NCBI RefSeq assembly: GCF_020745735.1
Contig: NC_083421.1
Coordinates: 62,735,001-62,799,000 of the forward strand
Length of the DNA stretch: 64,000 nt
From: Hemiscyllium ocellatum
Taxonomy: Eukaryota
Direction: 5' to 3'
The translations under genes were made by a program, and so were the position numbers. Shown piece by piece: positions 22,777-37,889 of the stretch (positions within the stretch are counted from its first letter, which is position 1; every line of letters starts with the position of its first letter). A model generated the notes under the pieces. It ran no database searches. It was not told the origin of the DNA and worked only from the letters and a program-made list of their open reading frames with translations.

Positions 22777-24118
22777 GTGAGATGCCCTATTTCTTTTAAC
22801 CTCCACCCCCCACCCCCAGGCGGGTATGCACACAGACATTCTGTCCCCCCTCCCAATCCTAGAGCGGGTAAGGATGATATGCAAGGAGGCAGGTCTGAAC
22901 AAGGGCTTCCCGCGGACAAGCAACATCACTCGGGCGGCTTAGAGTCATCGGACTTGGGGAGAAGAGGCCTAACCATGCGGCCTAGAGTTAAAGGGATTGT
23001 AGACACCTTTCCACTGTCCTTTTTGCAAACTGGTATGACGATTTAAACCCTCGAGGCAGGCGATACGAGCTTAAAAACCCTTCTCGTGCACGCGATTTTT
23101 ACGTGAGCCCGTGTTTGGTTTTGAGCCTTTTTAACTAAATGATTTCATTTCTTGAGAATCAGAATGTTGTGATCGAGACTTTTTTAAACAAGCAGCAAAA
23201 TCTGGAGGGAAAAGTTAAATGCACTTGCAGAGTTTTATTCGTGTGAAAGGAGAGGGGAAACTGAATGGAAAATTATTGCATGAGCTAAACTTATGAAATC
23301 ATAAAATGAAAGCAGATGTACAGCCAACTTTCATTAATGCTGAATTTTGAAAAAAATAGTTTGTTTTCGATGTAATTCATTTCAAAATGAAATGTCGGCA
23401 TTGAAAGCAACGACTTCCTTCGTGGAGGAACCACGCGGCTCATAATTTAGCAGGGGTTCATTCAACACAAAGGGAAGCGGTACTGAAACGTGGGTTGCAG
23501 GCGAATTATTGATGTCTCCTATCATCAAATTCGTAATAATTGTTACGAAGGCGTTTACAGTTCTAAATAAATCTGGACGCTGTTTGCAAATGACTTGGTC
23601 TGTCACCGTTTTCATGGTTTCAACTAATAGGTGAGCGGAAGGGACTTTTTATATACCTTGGAGGATTTAATGACATTTCGTTACATCTACTTTTGAGATG
23701 TGAATGTAACTTTCTGGCAAAATATTGCTGAACAGTATTGTTACTTGTGGTAGGTTTACTTGCAGAATGTGATTAGGAGCCCCTCCAAGCTTACCACTTG
23801 CCTTTTTAAATATTTAATAAAATGTTTCTTCCCAAGGTCACCAGTCTGTATGAAATGGTACTAAATCAAGAGGTTACAACTTTCGTTGTGTGTCTTTACC
23901 TTTTGCCTACTTATTCTCAAACTGGTAATGTTGCTTTTTGAGTTTCCATAAATCCAAATTGGATCTGTCAATGAATGATTTCAAATTTTCAAGGTATTTG
24001 GTTTAGGGAAAAGTGTTTAAGTTGAAGGCCATATTGCAATTATCGTTCTTAAAGTATTATAAATACCATAAAGGCTGAGCAAACCACTAACTGTGATTTT
24101 TGAAAACTTTATTTACAG

Positions 24119-24176
24119 AAAAAGAGCAACAGGAAGCCATTGAACACATTGATGAAGTACAGAATGAAATAGACAG
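24119..24176 (+). CDS. SET: SET exon 2
   Basis: ttacag|AA AAA GAG CAA...; (E)KEQQEAIEHIDEVQNEID(R); donor gtaatg. Confidence 0.97.
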
Positions 24177-25496
24177 GTAATGTAAAGGAAATAATGTATG
24201 ATTTTTGCATTTTAATACCTGGGTGCTTGATTGAGCTTTGCTTTAAAAACATTTATCTGAAAAACATTTTTAAATAGGTCAATAATTTTGATGTTGCATT
24301 AGGCGGAAGTGGCCCTTAGTTTAAAAGTTTCCATCGTTTCACGTGTTATGAGCCATTTCTGATGTCCTGAAACTTGTTACACTACTGGGTATTCGGTGAA
24401 ATTGAAGGTAAATTCTGTAATTTCAAAGTAACCAGTTTCTCAGAACAATGTTTATGAGATTGTTTTTGATACTGCGCTGACATCCACAGATGAAAGCACT
24501 GCTTTATAATTGGTGGCAGTACATGTACATGTTAATATTTGAGATTTTGGAGATGATATGTTAATATTGTTCTGATTACACTATTAATTGTCACATGTTC
24601 TCTACCAAAATCTTTTTGGCTAGCTTTATCTATTTGTAGGTTCTATCTGGTCATCTTCTCTTGGGGTGTTAAAATTTGAGGTTGATGGTAAAGATTTGAG
24701 GATTGCCCAAATTATTTGAACTTGATGGCTCCAAGAGTCAAAATCCTCTGCCTTCTCTATTGTGGGGCATTAATAGTGCACTGATAAAATTCAACAAGTG
24801 ATGCATCAATGTTGACCCTTTTCTCTGACTTGGAGATTACAGGCTAGTTTAGGTATAATCTTGTGATTTACCATTTTGGATTGCTAGAAGTATTCTCGTG
24901 CATCTTGAGAGTTCCTACCAAGGCCAATCAAAGATGTGCCCTGAATTATATTCTGATGTGGTCTAACCAGGATTTTATATAATAGTAGCAAAGTTTCCTC
25001 TCCCGTTTTATTCTCTTATGATTTAGAACAATCTTTAAATGTTTCCCATACCTTTGGTTGAAGATTTGGATGCAGCAATATCTTTCAGCTGATATTAAGC
25101 CTTTCCCTGAAATGGGATCTCTGGGAGACAAATGATTCCAGTTGTGTTGCATTTGAAAACTGACTTGTTTGTCATGACATTGGCATTCTGGACAAGCAGA
25201 AGGAAAAAGTCACTGCACTCAGCTCACTGTTAAGTTGTTAGTTTGTAGTCAGACTGTCTTAAAAGCACAATTATAACCTCAAGTATGACTGCTGGGATTT
25301 GTAGAAATATTTTGAACAAGTTAGTTTCTAATGGATAAAACATTTTCCCTTTTGCACTTCTCTCTGCCCCTTGTATGCAGAAATGCTGTCGTCTTATTTA
25401 GTCATCTGTTTGTCAATGCAGAATTAAACTTGTGTTTCAAACTTGTAGCTTTTGTTGTTACACTCTCACCATCCTGTTTTACTAGGCTATGAATAA

Positions 25497-25718
<222 letters not shown>

Positions 25719-27524
25719 TGAAAGTGATTCAATAAATATTGTGTTGCCTAAATTTGTTCTCCAATTTTATTCAATGTGGAATTTTCACATGAAGCTGATA
25801 GCTGAGAAAAGGGTCAAATGAATTTAAACAATACTTGTGTGTGGTAATAGTACAGAAAGGGATCTTGATTTTTGCTTACAAGAGAATCTTATTATGTGGA
25901 AAATGATCAACGTCCAAGAAATTGAAGTGATTGTGACTCAGATTTTTGATATTCTTTGCCATGGCTTTATAGCCAAAATGTGTGACAAAATGTCTTGGTA
26001 AGTTTTTTGTGAACTTTCCTGAAATTGTAATGAGTACTAGTTGCATCTCTGTTGACAGTGACCCCTAGAGGCACATGTTGGTCATGCAATGCTGTTTGAA
26101 AGACTTCACAGCAAGTCACCACCTTGACAGTTTTGAAACAATCAATTGCATATTTTTTAAAATGTGTGCTGTGTTAGTCCCTCTGGATTGTGCTCTTTGT
26201 AACCAAAGTTATAGTTACCACTTTAAGTGTTTTTAGCTGATAATGACATCTGGAGCCGTTTCTCTGTTTTTCCTTTGAGATTGGCTGCAACCCTTTTGGC
26301 TTGTGAACTGTAGGAATTACAAATGTGGTCATTTATGCTCTGCTTTAAATACTTGATTGTATCCTGTTTTTATACATGAAGTAGGAGTTCAAATTCCTGT
26401 CTATTTATACCTTATTTTAACAAATGCTTTTACCCCCAAACTTAGTCATATGGGAAATATCTGAACAGAAATAAATTTGGTGACAAAGCCCAGAGTGGGT
26501 ACAAATGTGTACTACACTTGCTTCCTCTTCTTGATTCACAAGTAACACGTTAACCCGAATGTTTATTTGATTTTTGTGGTGGATGTGGTGTGGGGTTTGC
26601 TGCTGTACTTAATCCTTCTATGCAGGATTAACCTGACATCCCAGAATGGGACTGACTTCCAATTGACCTTGATGTATGGAGTCTAATTATAATTCCACTG
26701 TACTCCTTGATTTTGAAATTGTAAACAATAAGTTGCAACTTTGTCTAGAAATAGCATAGAATGTCTTTATTTGCTGTGTTCCAAATGTGCTTTTGCTGCT
26801 TAATTCTATGTAAGTAGTGTAAGACAGTTTTAGAGTAATTAAATGGTGTCATTTGGATCTCCACTAGTAGCATTTGCAGAAGTGTGAATGAAATAAATAA
26901 TTTGTGGCACCTTTTCAGTGAAGTGCGATTTAGCTCTATTGTAATGTTGGGAGATGACAGCCAATTTGTGTGCAGCACGGTTCGACAAACATCAGTGAAA
27001 TAAATGAAAACATTGGTCCAGCTAGTAAGGCTTAGAATTACAACATGCAGTGCTTATATTAATTTTAATGAATAAGTGAATCTACCTACTCATAATTCTA
27101 TTTTTTTTAAACCTTTTTTTCTGAATGAAGCAATAGTTCAGCTCTTGATAGAAAAGAGCAGAGTGGTCATTGTGTTTACAGTCTTTAGCAAATATTTACA
27201 ATGATAATCTAATCAACCTATTTGTAATTACACATCTCTGGGGCAGAATAGGGATGTTACCATTGCACTATGAACCTTCACTTCCATCATATTCTTTAAA
27301 TTTTTCAGAATTGTACATGAAGCTCAGCATAACATTCAAATTTGGAATCTCAAATATATCACCTGATGAAAAAGCATAGCAAGCAGCATCTAGTGTCTTT
27401 GCGTCTTCATTTTGTCCCTTCCTTTCACATCCAGCAATTATGGACTGCTCTACTATTTGTGTACATTGCCCTACATGTGGACCATTCTTTAATCAATACT
27501 GTCTGGACCTTAGGCTGCAAATGA

Positions 27525-27728
<204 letters not shown>

Positions 27729-29220
27729 TAAAATCAAATGAGTTCTATGGGCTGAAGTACTAAAACAAAGATGAACAACTTATTTCATACTGTCAAGCCT
27801 CTAACATGTCTTGGTTCGTAGGAGTGATAATTTCTATTTATTTTTAGCATTCTCTGTTTTGGGAATCTTTTGAGAAGTAACATATATGTATAGGAAGATT
27901 TTGAGAAATAACATATGTATAGGAAGTTTTTAAAAACTGCTAACCTCCTGAAGTTTGTTAAACTTTGTGTACTGATATGTAAAATGCATAGCAAAGACAG
28001 GTGGTTTTTGTAAATTTGGTAACTCTTATCTATTTCCTAAAGTCTCGTGTAAGAACCTTTTGAATTTTAGTTATTATAAATCATTGGTCAATTCAATTAA
28101 CTGCACAAAGCCAATGAAGGGGTTTTAGTTTGCTTCAATATCCTTGGGTTTGGCTGTGGTGTGCTTCCAAATCACCTGTTGACCTTTGCAGTTTTGTCTA
28201 TTAGAGGTATAACATCCATTCAGGAATTGACCTGTTAGCATTATTTGCAGCAGAGTTCCAGGTCTGTATAGCTTAACTGACAGCATTTAAGATATGGTGT
28301 GAATTAATATGCCGATATGTGTTGAGTTAATTTCTTGTACTTTCAATCATTGGCTGAATATGGGGTTGTTTTATAGGTTTGTTGTCTTGTTTTAATTCGT
28401 CTCAAACAGCTACTATAGAGTGACATTACCCCCCATCATGCTCAATTAGATTAAACCCATGACTTTGGGAGGGGAAACACGGTTGACCTGTTAGACCACT
28501 AAGTGACATGTTTTCTGTTCGTGCAAAATGGGTGAATTAAGCAATGTTCTAAGAAACTTTTTTTTAATTCAATTAACTCCCTCCATTAACCTGGGTAGTG
28601 TTGATTTTTGATAGATGTTAAATGTTAGTCTGTTTCGTGTCTTCGGGTGGTCCAGAGTAGCTGGCCAAAAATAAATTGAGCAATCATTATGTTTTAAAAA
28701 GTTTGGAAACTATGCAAACCAATTTGCACTTGAGTTCAAGAATCCCAACATCTTGACAACTAGTAATGGGTACTAAACCTTGTAGTTAGTGACTAAGAAT
28801 GGAAACAATAATTACCCCTCAGGTAGCAGAGCAAAATAACTGGGTAGATGTGTTTTGATTCTTGCAAAGGGGTAAATGTTGAACAAGTTACTGGAAGAAC
28901 TTCCTTACCATTTACATGCAGACAGGTCCCATTGTTAACTGGTTTATTCACAGAGCAGTACTAAACTCTGGAGAAGGATCCTAGTTTGTGACATTTAATT
29001 TAAAATATACTTGAATAATATAACTAGTCTGATTTTCAGTTCTTCAGTTTTATTTCTGTACACGTGTATAAATTAGTATTGTTCAAGTAAAAGTAAATTG
29101 GAATACCTGCTGCTTGGTGAATGCTCCACTTTAATTCTTCTTCATCCTCTTAAATCTCCGAATAATGTTAAATGCTATATGACCACTTCTGACTAATTGG
29201 AGTATCATGGATGGGTATGA

Positions 29221-29559
<339 letters not shown>

Positions 29560-30674
29560 TGATCTTGCAGTTACATTAAAAGAGAACTAGATTTACATGA
29601 GTTAGGTGATGTCAGGCAACAGTTTGCACAAGGGGTAGTGGAAAGCTGGGATTTTGTAAGAATGCTGTTGGGTCTGCAAATTATTAACAGTTAACTCCGA
29701 TTTTAGTTAGCTTGGTTCCTTAAAAATTATACTTCTCTATCTGTTGTGATTTAATTGAATGATGGAATAGGCTCAAGGGACTGAATGCCGTACACCTGTT
29801 CCTACCCTTATCCAACCTGAAAAGTCTCAGTGGGTCTTGTGATTTGGTACTTCATTATTCCCTAACATAGCTCAGAGAAGTGTAGGTGCATCCTGATATG
29901 TTTGTTGCAGTTCTTTTCAGAGCCTCGCTGTAAGGTGATGAAGGCAGTACAGTGTGACTTTGAGCAGTTATTTGGTAACTGCTTTAGAATTGAACTAGAT
30001 CATAATTGGTAGATGGATTTTAAGTGTTGACCAGCCTTGGCTTGTTTCTGTGTAGAATTTGAGTCAATCCAAATTGATGTGATTCATTTGCATTCAATTA
30101 AAAAACATCTGTTCAGTTAACATTGCATGGAAAAGATTTAAATTTATATCTCACTGACATTCACTACAGTGTGTTTTTTCCCCTCTATGTATTATTGTAC
30201 TTTGCAATAATTTAGTTGCCAAATAATTGATGTTCATTAGATATAAACAGTCATCTTCCACTACTTTGAATCTGCTAGGTACTGAGCCATGCATATCAGA
30301 CACTTCAGACCCATGTCTGTTGAGTTAATTTGGCTTTACTGTGAAAATTAGCTTTATAATGCTCTCATGGTGAAGTTTATTTATCCTTCTTTGTTCCTCT
30401 TTCTTCAATTTTACTGTTCTTGGGAAAGCCTGATGGCCAGTGTTCTGCTAAATTTTATCTTTGCAACAGTTACGAGGTAAAACCTGATCAGATTAACATT
30501 GGAATTCTTCAAGTTTTTCTCAACACTTGAATACTGTGGTGTAATATGTTTGGTTGCATCTTTGTTGTCTTTGAAGGGAATTTTAAACTGACTTAAATTC
30601 AATTTTGAAAATTATTACATTCTAGCATTATGTACCTAAAAGTTTTGTTGAACACTTATAATTACACAACTTAA

Positions 30675-30878
<204 letters not shown>

Positions 30879-31404
30879 TAGGTGTGCAAGCTTATGACAT
30901 GACATCTGATTCTGGCGTAAGGGACGTGGACATTCACCTTCATTAGTGATTGTATCACTTTGCGGGAAGTTCAGTATTTCTTTCCACACAAAGGAGCAGA
31001 TGTGTGGGTATTATAAATGGCTCCATGCTATTGAGCAGCCAGGCTGAAATCCCAGGAGGGGATGATGATAATTATTTTACCTTTTTGGGAGTTCTATTGC
31101 TTTATAATTATGTTAGTTGTAAAGATGCATGATAAATAATGCCAGATAGCTTGACAAACTGTTGATTTTGTATGTGTCAGATCTTCACTTATTTGGCATT
31201 CTGTAGCAGTTTTGGAGGAATCTTAGTCTTGTGTGCAGCAGTTTTTTTTTGTTTAGCAATCTCATGTCATTTTAATGAATTCATTTTGGCCCTGGTGCTT
31301 GAAGGCCATATGAGACTCTCACTTAGAAGTTCAAACACTGCTGAGGAGCTTGCACATGCATGTACTCTTTGACAAAAAGTATCATTATGATGTTGTCTTG
31401 CTAG

Positions 31405-31560
31405 GTTCCTGATATGGAAGATGAAGAAGGTGATGGTGAGGAGGAGGATGAAGATGAGGAGGAAGAAGAAGGATTGGAGGATATCGATGAAGAAGGAGAT
31501 GAGGATGAAGAGGGCGAAGAGGAGGACGAAGAAGAGGAGGAGGAAGGAGAAGAAGCCGAG
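31405..31560 (+). CDS. SET: SET exon 7 (acidic tail), ends at a GC donor
   Basis: [14 protein letters not shown]...[15 protein letters not shown]...EEAE; donor GAG|gcaagt. Confidence 0.92.
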
Positions 31561-32116
31561 GCAAGTGCTTTCATTTTTTTAACTCCCAGTCCAGATGTGG
31601 TAACATATATACGGAACCTTTAAAATGCTTCAGGCTAACTGTCTTTATTCCCCAAATGGGGAATGGCTGATCTCTCTGCATCAGTAAGAGTATTCACTAG
31701 ATCTCATTGGTGGAGCAGATTTGATGGGCTAACTTCTGTCTTGTAGACGGTTGCCTCAAATCTTGAATCTGTTCAAATTTCCTTTTTCGCAAGTCTGACT
31801 TTCTTCAATGCTTTTCCAAAACAAGATTTTGTTTTGTAGGATACAAGAGTTGTCTTGCAAATCCATGTAAGGGGAAGATCATCATTTTGGTTAAATATAA
31901 AATGGGAGGGTGCTTTAAAACTTGCTCAATATGTGTGGTTCCTATTAAATTTACAAATGTCATGCAGAATAAAACTGAAATTTAACACTTTTTGGGCAAA
32001 AGATTTTGCACCTGTAATATGCATAGCTGTTAATAGTTGTGGAGGAGTGCTGATTTGTATTTTATTTACATCCAGCTATTTTGTACTAACCTTTTTGTTT
32101 TCCATATTATTTGTAG

Positions 32117-32140
32117 GAGGAGGAAGGCGAAGACGACTGA
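32117..32140 (+). CDS. SET: SET exon 8, terminal coding part (EEEGEDD*)
   Basis: ttgtag|GAG GAG GAA GGC GAA GAC GAC TGA, matching the SET C-terminus EGEDD; total CDS 843 nt = 280 aa. Confidence 0.93.
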   Translation, partial: EEEGEDD

Positions 32141-35040
32141 TCTGGTTGCTGTTGATATTCACCTCTACTTTTTTTTCTTTAGTCCCTGGGAGCAAGTTGC
32201 TGTCTTTTTGTGCTCAGTTTCCTTGCTCTCCTGAGGTCCTTAAACCATTATACACAATTGGGATGAGTTACATGCGCAAACAACAGTGGCAATCTCTCTC
32301 TGCCATTTCCGTGAACTGATATGAATTCTCCTAGCGCCAGCTGATCAGCACACATCTTCTGTAGTAATGTGATTGTATTTTTTTTACTTTTTATTTTAAG
32401 CCCCACCCCACCCTCCCACATCCACCCACCCCTCTGCTGGAAGCCCAGAACTATTTTCTGCCTTTGTGCTGTGATTATAGATAATTTTGAATAGGCTTTT
32501 TTCCTACCTGTTCTGGCCCAGAGATTACACTGTGTTTCCATATGATGTGGAGAATTAGCAGTTACCATCAAGTCCTTTGTTTTCTTCTCTCTTCTAACAA
32601 ATGGGTGTCACCGAGCACCTAGGGTAGATGCAGACGGTTGGGTTCTAATGGGTGGGTTTATTGGGTATTTTGAGGACTGGCTGTACTTAGCATGTTGATG
32701 CATTGTATATTGATACAACATCCGTGCAACCAAACTTTTAAATATTAATCGATTTGAACCCCACGGCAGATGGAGGAGTAACAATCTGTAGAATCTTATT
32801 GGAATCTACACTCTCTAATGTAATTTTTTTGTTTCACTGGAAAGGAAAATTGCTCCGTTTTAAACGTTAGAGTGTACAAGTTGCTTTGTTACAATAAAAC
32901 TAAATGTGTACACAAAAAGTGCGTGGTGAGTTTGCTTTTAATCTGGGATGTTTTGTGGACTTAATTGCAACCAATCTAGAATGGTTATTTTTGGTAAGTG
33001 GTTGATGGGGATGGAAATTGTACAGACCTGAGGTAAATGCTTCAGTGTCAAAATTGAGACCAAATTGTAACAACTCTAATATGTACACAAATTTAAGTGC
33101 TACAAGTATCAAGGAACAAATCGTCGGAGTTGTTTGTGATGTTCTAGAAGCTACTGAGTTTGTAATAATTAGAGATCCGTTCTGTATTTATTGGAAATAA
33201 GATTGTAATTACAAAAGGCAAATTGCAACCTTGAGAACTTTGTGTTCTCTTTCAATGATTTGGGTCTGGGTCCAGTGTTGCATTGTAAGTGCTTGTTTAA
33301 ATTTGAATACCACACATTTTATGGACTGTTTGTAGGCTTGCTTTTAACTACCAAATTGCACTTGATTTATTTTGCCTCTAGTTCCTAAATTCTATAAGTT
33401 GGTATATAATGTATATATTGTCCTGGCAGTAGTTGCAAAACATCCATTGAACTGATGACATTTTCTTTGCAACCGGGGTCTGCCATAAATGCTACACATT
33501 TAGCACCAAAAATATAGTGATATGTGTGTATATAATCAACTGAATTTTTAAAAGCCTGCCACAAAGTTAGACTCTTGTGTAATTATTACATTTTATAATT
33601 ATTGGTGTGCAATGGATTTGGCGCAACTCTTGCAAATTCATCATATTTCTGGTCGTTCAAAATAGGTTGTGCTATTTTATTCCATTCTGGCTCCTTTCAA
33701 TTAGGAATAAGATTGTGGCATAACCAGTTTATTGCAACTAGCTTTTGAGGATATGGGATCTATTGCCTCACCTTTTTTTGACAGGTTGGGTGTTGGTTTC
33801 CCATTCAGTGCTACTTGTAGTATTTACTGTACACTTTTGTTCCTATTTCATGTTCAATTGCTTTTCTGATCTTTCCAGAATTTGTACTGATTATACTAAA
33901 CTGTGACCTCGTTCGAATGCTATTGTACAAAGAAAGACGTTGGCCTGATTACAACTGTGTTCCTTGATTTATGAGCTTCTCCCATTTTCATTAACTCTTT
34001 CTTGATGCTGTTTAAGAATTTGAGTTGGATTCCTTTTTGTAATATTTTGCTTTAACTCCCACAATTTGAATTGTTTTCAGTTACTTTTGGGATTTTGCAG
34101 TTGCTGTGAATGGATAATGGTGCCATCTTTCTTTATCTATTACCAGTGATGAATAGGCATTATGATATTGCTAAACATTTTACCTCTTGATCCTGAGCCT
34201 TGCCAGAATGGTGTAATAAATTGATTAAATATACTCGTCCTAGTTAACACTGGTAGTTGATTGCTGCAAACTTCAAGAGATTTTCGTATCTAAATCTTCT
34301 CCAGTATCCCATTAGATTTCAGTATAACCCGAGCAGCTCATGAATACTGTTGTTTCATAAATGCAATTCTTCAGTTCCTCCTGGTGTTTTAAGATTAGTG
34401 TGTCTTCGTGAGAGGGAATTGTACATTTTGCATGTTTTTCACTTGGAGAAATACATTCTCCTGAGCAAGTCCTTTGTTTTTTGATGTATTCTTGCCACTC
34501 CGGTAGAGGCAAAGAAACTGAATTGAGTTGTGGCTGGGAAGCCCTCCTTGGGATGCAAAAAGATAGCTGACTGGTACCAACCATGCCGTTTTTCTTTTGG
34601 CAAATTGATGGAATGACTAATAATTCTACCACCAGCAATGCAAGCATAAGGCATGTGATTCCTTAAACTAGTAATAATAGACCTGAACACTTCCGTCTAA
34701 AAAGAATGATGGTATACAAGAAGCCTAATGAGTATAACCAGAGCTGTAGTTTAGTTTATTTGTTTTTGCTTACATAATTGTCCTGATAATGGGATCTGGC
34801 TAAGCCATCGCTTTGCTTGGCAATGTTTTGGAGAGCATGATGTCTATAAACCACATTTGAGAATGTTAATTGGATTTATAGACACTTGATCTTTAAATGT
34901 ATTGGGTTTTGTTTGACATGGCAGCCGAAGGTGTCCTGACTTCATCTTGAACTTTGTTTTTTTTTAAATTAAATTGGTTCTCATCAATCTGTCTTTACTG
35001 TTATCTACAATAAAGTTTGTATACATGTTTTGCCATAGTG
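32141..35040 (+). other. SET: SET 3' UTR with tandem polyadenylation signals
   Basis: AATAAA at 32893-32898 (TGTA motifs on both sides), 34215-34220 and 35009-35014 (followed by a GT-rich tract); no recognisable repeats; blocks resemble the mammalian SET 3' UTR as recalled. Confidence 0.65.
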
Positions 35041-36210
35041 CTGTGTATTGTCTTTACTGCTTGTTGTGTACATCTGGAAGTGTATTGCCAATACAAATAT
35101 TGATTTAATCTCATCCAACAGAAATGAAGCAGTTAGCATTTAATGGGCTTTTGGATATTTCTAAAAACTTTAACATACAATATATTATGGGATGTGACAA
35201 TGTAAATGGAACATTACCACAGGAATGCTTACTGATACTGAGATGGTATTGACACTTTGTAGTTGTCATTGACTACTTGATTAATCTCTCTTTTCGAGGT
35301 GAACTATCCATTCAGGCTAGTGAAAAAGATGGGTTTTAAGATTTTAGTTAAACTGTCCATTAACTTATTGAAGTATATTTCAAATATTTGAATTACAATA
35401 TTCAAAATGTGGAGTATTTAGTACAGACTCTATTCAAAAAAAAGTTGGTATTTCAATGCAACATTATTAATGGTAGACAACATTAATTACTTGTATTCTT
35501 TCGGAGGGATGTTTAACTATTTCAGTCTGTTTGGACACCTCTAGCAGGATGGCCTTTAACCCAGCCTTTCCATGAACCCTCAAACTGGTAGTTATAGATA
35601 TTTTTAAGCACCTATTCAGATATGCAATTACTTCCTTCTGGAGCAGGTAGGTCTTCTGGCAAAAGGTGAGGATATTACCATTGTGCTACAAAAGCCCTCT
35701 GCAATAAGGTTGCAGTGGAGTACTAAACCAACTACTACCTAAACATCAGTTGATCCTGTTCTGTTCTCTTATCAAGCTTTTCAGAGATGTTAACACACCT
35801 CTGGGTCTCCTTGGTATCATTCTATCCTGGTCATGATTAGGTTGAGTGGTGGTACTTTATGCACCTACAGTTTCTGCAGGATTTTAACCATAGAAACTGG
35901 ATTTAGTGTGGTCGACATAATTTGGTCTTTACTGTTTAATACTTGTTATGGGTGTACCAGACAATTACAATATTCAACAAAAGTGGAAACATTGGAAAGT
36001 AAAGTTGAATTCCTTACATGCAATCATAAAACCCAGATCAAGCTTAAATCTTAGACAAAAGTGCTTTTGTGCCACATCTTAGGGTGCTAATTCCCTTTCT
36101 CAACATACAAACTTGAGAAGAATGCATATAAATTGAGTACATTTCATAAAGTGAAGATATAGGTATTAGTTATAAATATTTTTATTTCTTTACAAAAAAT
36201 AGGTTTGATT

Positions 36211-36365
36211 TCAACTCCGGTAGGACTTGGGTACCATGAGAAGTGTTGCAGCAAAATTTTCCTGGAGGAGTCTGTCTATTATGAGTGCAACAAATGTCTC
36301 ATCTGAATCCTCAAACTCTTCATCTGTAACATGCTGAGGCCAGATGCTGGGCTGAAATGACCAAC
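36211..36365 (-). CDS. Secreted cereblon-like (CULT) protein, coding exon 2 with stop
   Basis: Acceptor tttcaacag|GT TGG completes HLGWSF; continues QPSIWPQHVTDEEFEDSDETFVALIIDRLLQENFAATLLMVPKSYRS*; AATAAA on the - strand at 36186-36181; total 175 aa. Confidence 0.92.
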
Positions 36366-37039
36366 CTGTTGAAATAAAATCCAAACATAGGGTGAATAGA
36401 CAAAACTTAATCACATTATAAAATGTGCCATAAATATTCCAATGTTTCAAAGGTCAGTAAAACTGAGCTAAAGGACAAAACATTAAAGGTTTCAATGGCC
36501 TAATCAAATAAGATTTAAGCAGTATTAAAAAAGGAGCAATGTTTAGGGAATGAATTTTCAGAGCTTATGTCTAGAACATTGAAGTCACAGCTGCCAACAG
36601 TGGGACCAAATTCATAGGGAATGGTGTAATCAGGCAGAGGGGAAATGCATAGATCTGAAAGGGTTGAATCAGGTTATAGCAATAAATTGAAGAGATATTT
36701 TGAACACAAGAGGATTTTTTTTTTGAAAAGGAGACACTGGTGGATTGAAAGCCAAAGTGAATAAGCCCAGTAAGGAATGCAGGAGAACATTGTGGACCAG
36801 TAATGACAGGGTGTGTTGTTAGGTGTAGGCCATAGAATTTTGGATGAGCTCAATTTCAGATCAAAGAGGTTGGAGACTGGTCTGGAAAGGGGGTAGAATC
36901 AGGAAATAGCTTGTGGTGGGATCTTAAGTTTAATATAGGAACTCAAGTATATTTTTAAGAGATCACAGATGACATACAGCTCAACTCTCTGGTTTCCTGA
37001 TTTTGTTTAACTAACCACCTTATCTGTATTTCCCACAGA

Positions 37040-37560
37040 TAAAATGGTCAGGCAGCTTAGGAAATTTGACATGTCCATAAGGATCTTTAACTTTTATAGA
37101 TGCACCATAGAAAGCATACTATCTGGCTGCATAATGGCCTGGTATGGCAACTGCTCTGCCCAGGACCGTAAAACTACAAAAGATATATGCTCAGCCCAGA
37201 CCATCCCTGGACTGCACTTACACCCTTCATTGCTGCAGAAAGGCTGCCAATATCAAAGACTCTGCCCACCCCAATAAGGCTCCTATAATCTCTTCCATCA
37301 GGCAGAAAATACAGAAGCTTGAATACATGTACCAATAGGTTCAAGGACAGCTTCTTCCTTTTTGTTATTAGACTGATGAATGGACTGGCCGCTAACTTCA
37401 AATAATGTTGATCTATCTTCGTGCATCTTACGTGCAGTGTAATCTTTATGCCTCACTGTCCAAGCACCCTATGATCTATGTGCCCTTACTATAATCTGTC
37501 AGTATTGCTCACAAACAAAGCTTTTCACTGTACTTGGGTACACAAGACAATAAATCAAAG
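37040..37560 (+). mobile_element. Rex/Babar- or L2-group LINE 3' fragment
   Basis: FYRCTIESILSGCIMAWYGNCSAQDRK motif; tail with aataaatcaaa. Confidence 0.7.
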
Positions 37561-37889
37561 TTAAAAGAAAATTGTAAAACCTTAAATTGAAACTTTGAAA
37601 TTTTCAAAATCAACTTGGGTATGGGTTGGCATTCTAGATTACAAAGGCTTACACTAATTTTAAAAGATGTGCCTTCCATTTTTGGCTGTCTTCCGCCACC
37701 AATTACTTCCCTTATTATCCTTTTAGAAATTCTAATCATCTTTTAAAAGACAACGTTTGATCAGAAGCTTAAACGGACCAGCCACACAAATACTTAAGTT
37801 ACAAATGGACTTCTGTACCAAGTGACTCACCCAACCTTTCCATCACCTGAAAAGCACAAATAGAGGGAATGTTGTAGTAATACCATAAT

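Noticed and set aside
23390-23636. CpG-containing segment with a strong donor AG|GTGAGC in SET intron 1
   Set aside because: No in-frame ATG for a phase-1 join; it could be a non-coding alternative exon, but this cannot be supported without transcripts
31855-34690. ORFs of 60-154 aa overlapping the SET last intron and 3' UTR
   Set aside because: Mostly non-ATG starts, compositionally biased, no recognisable domains
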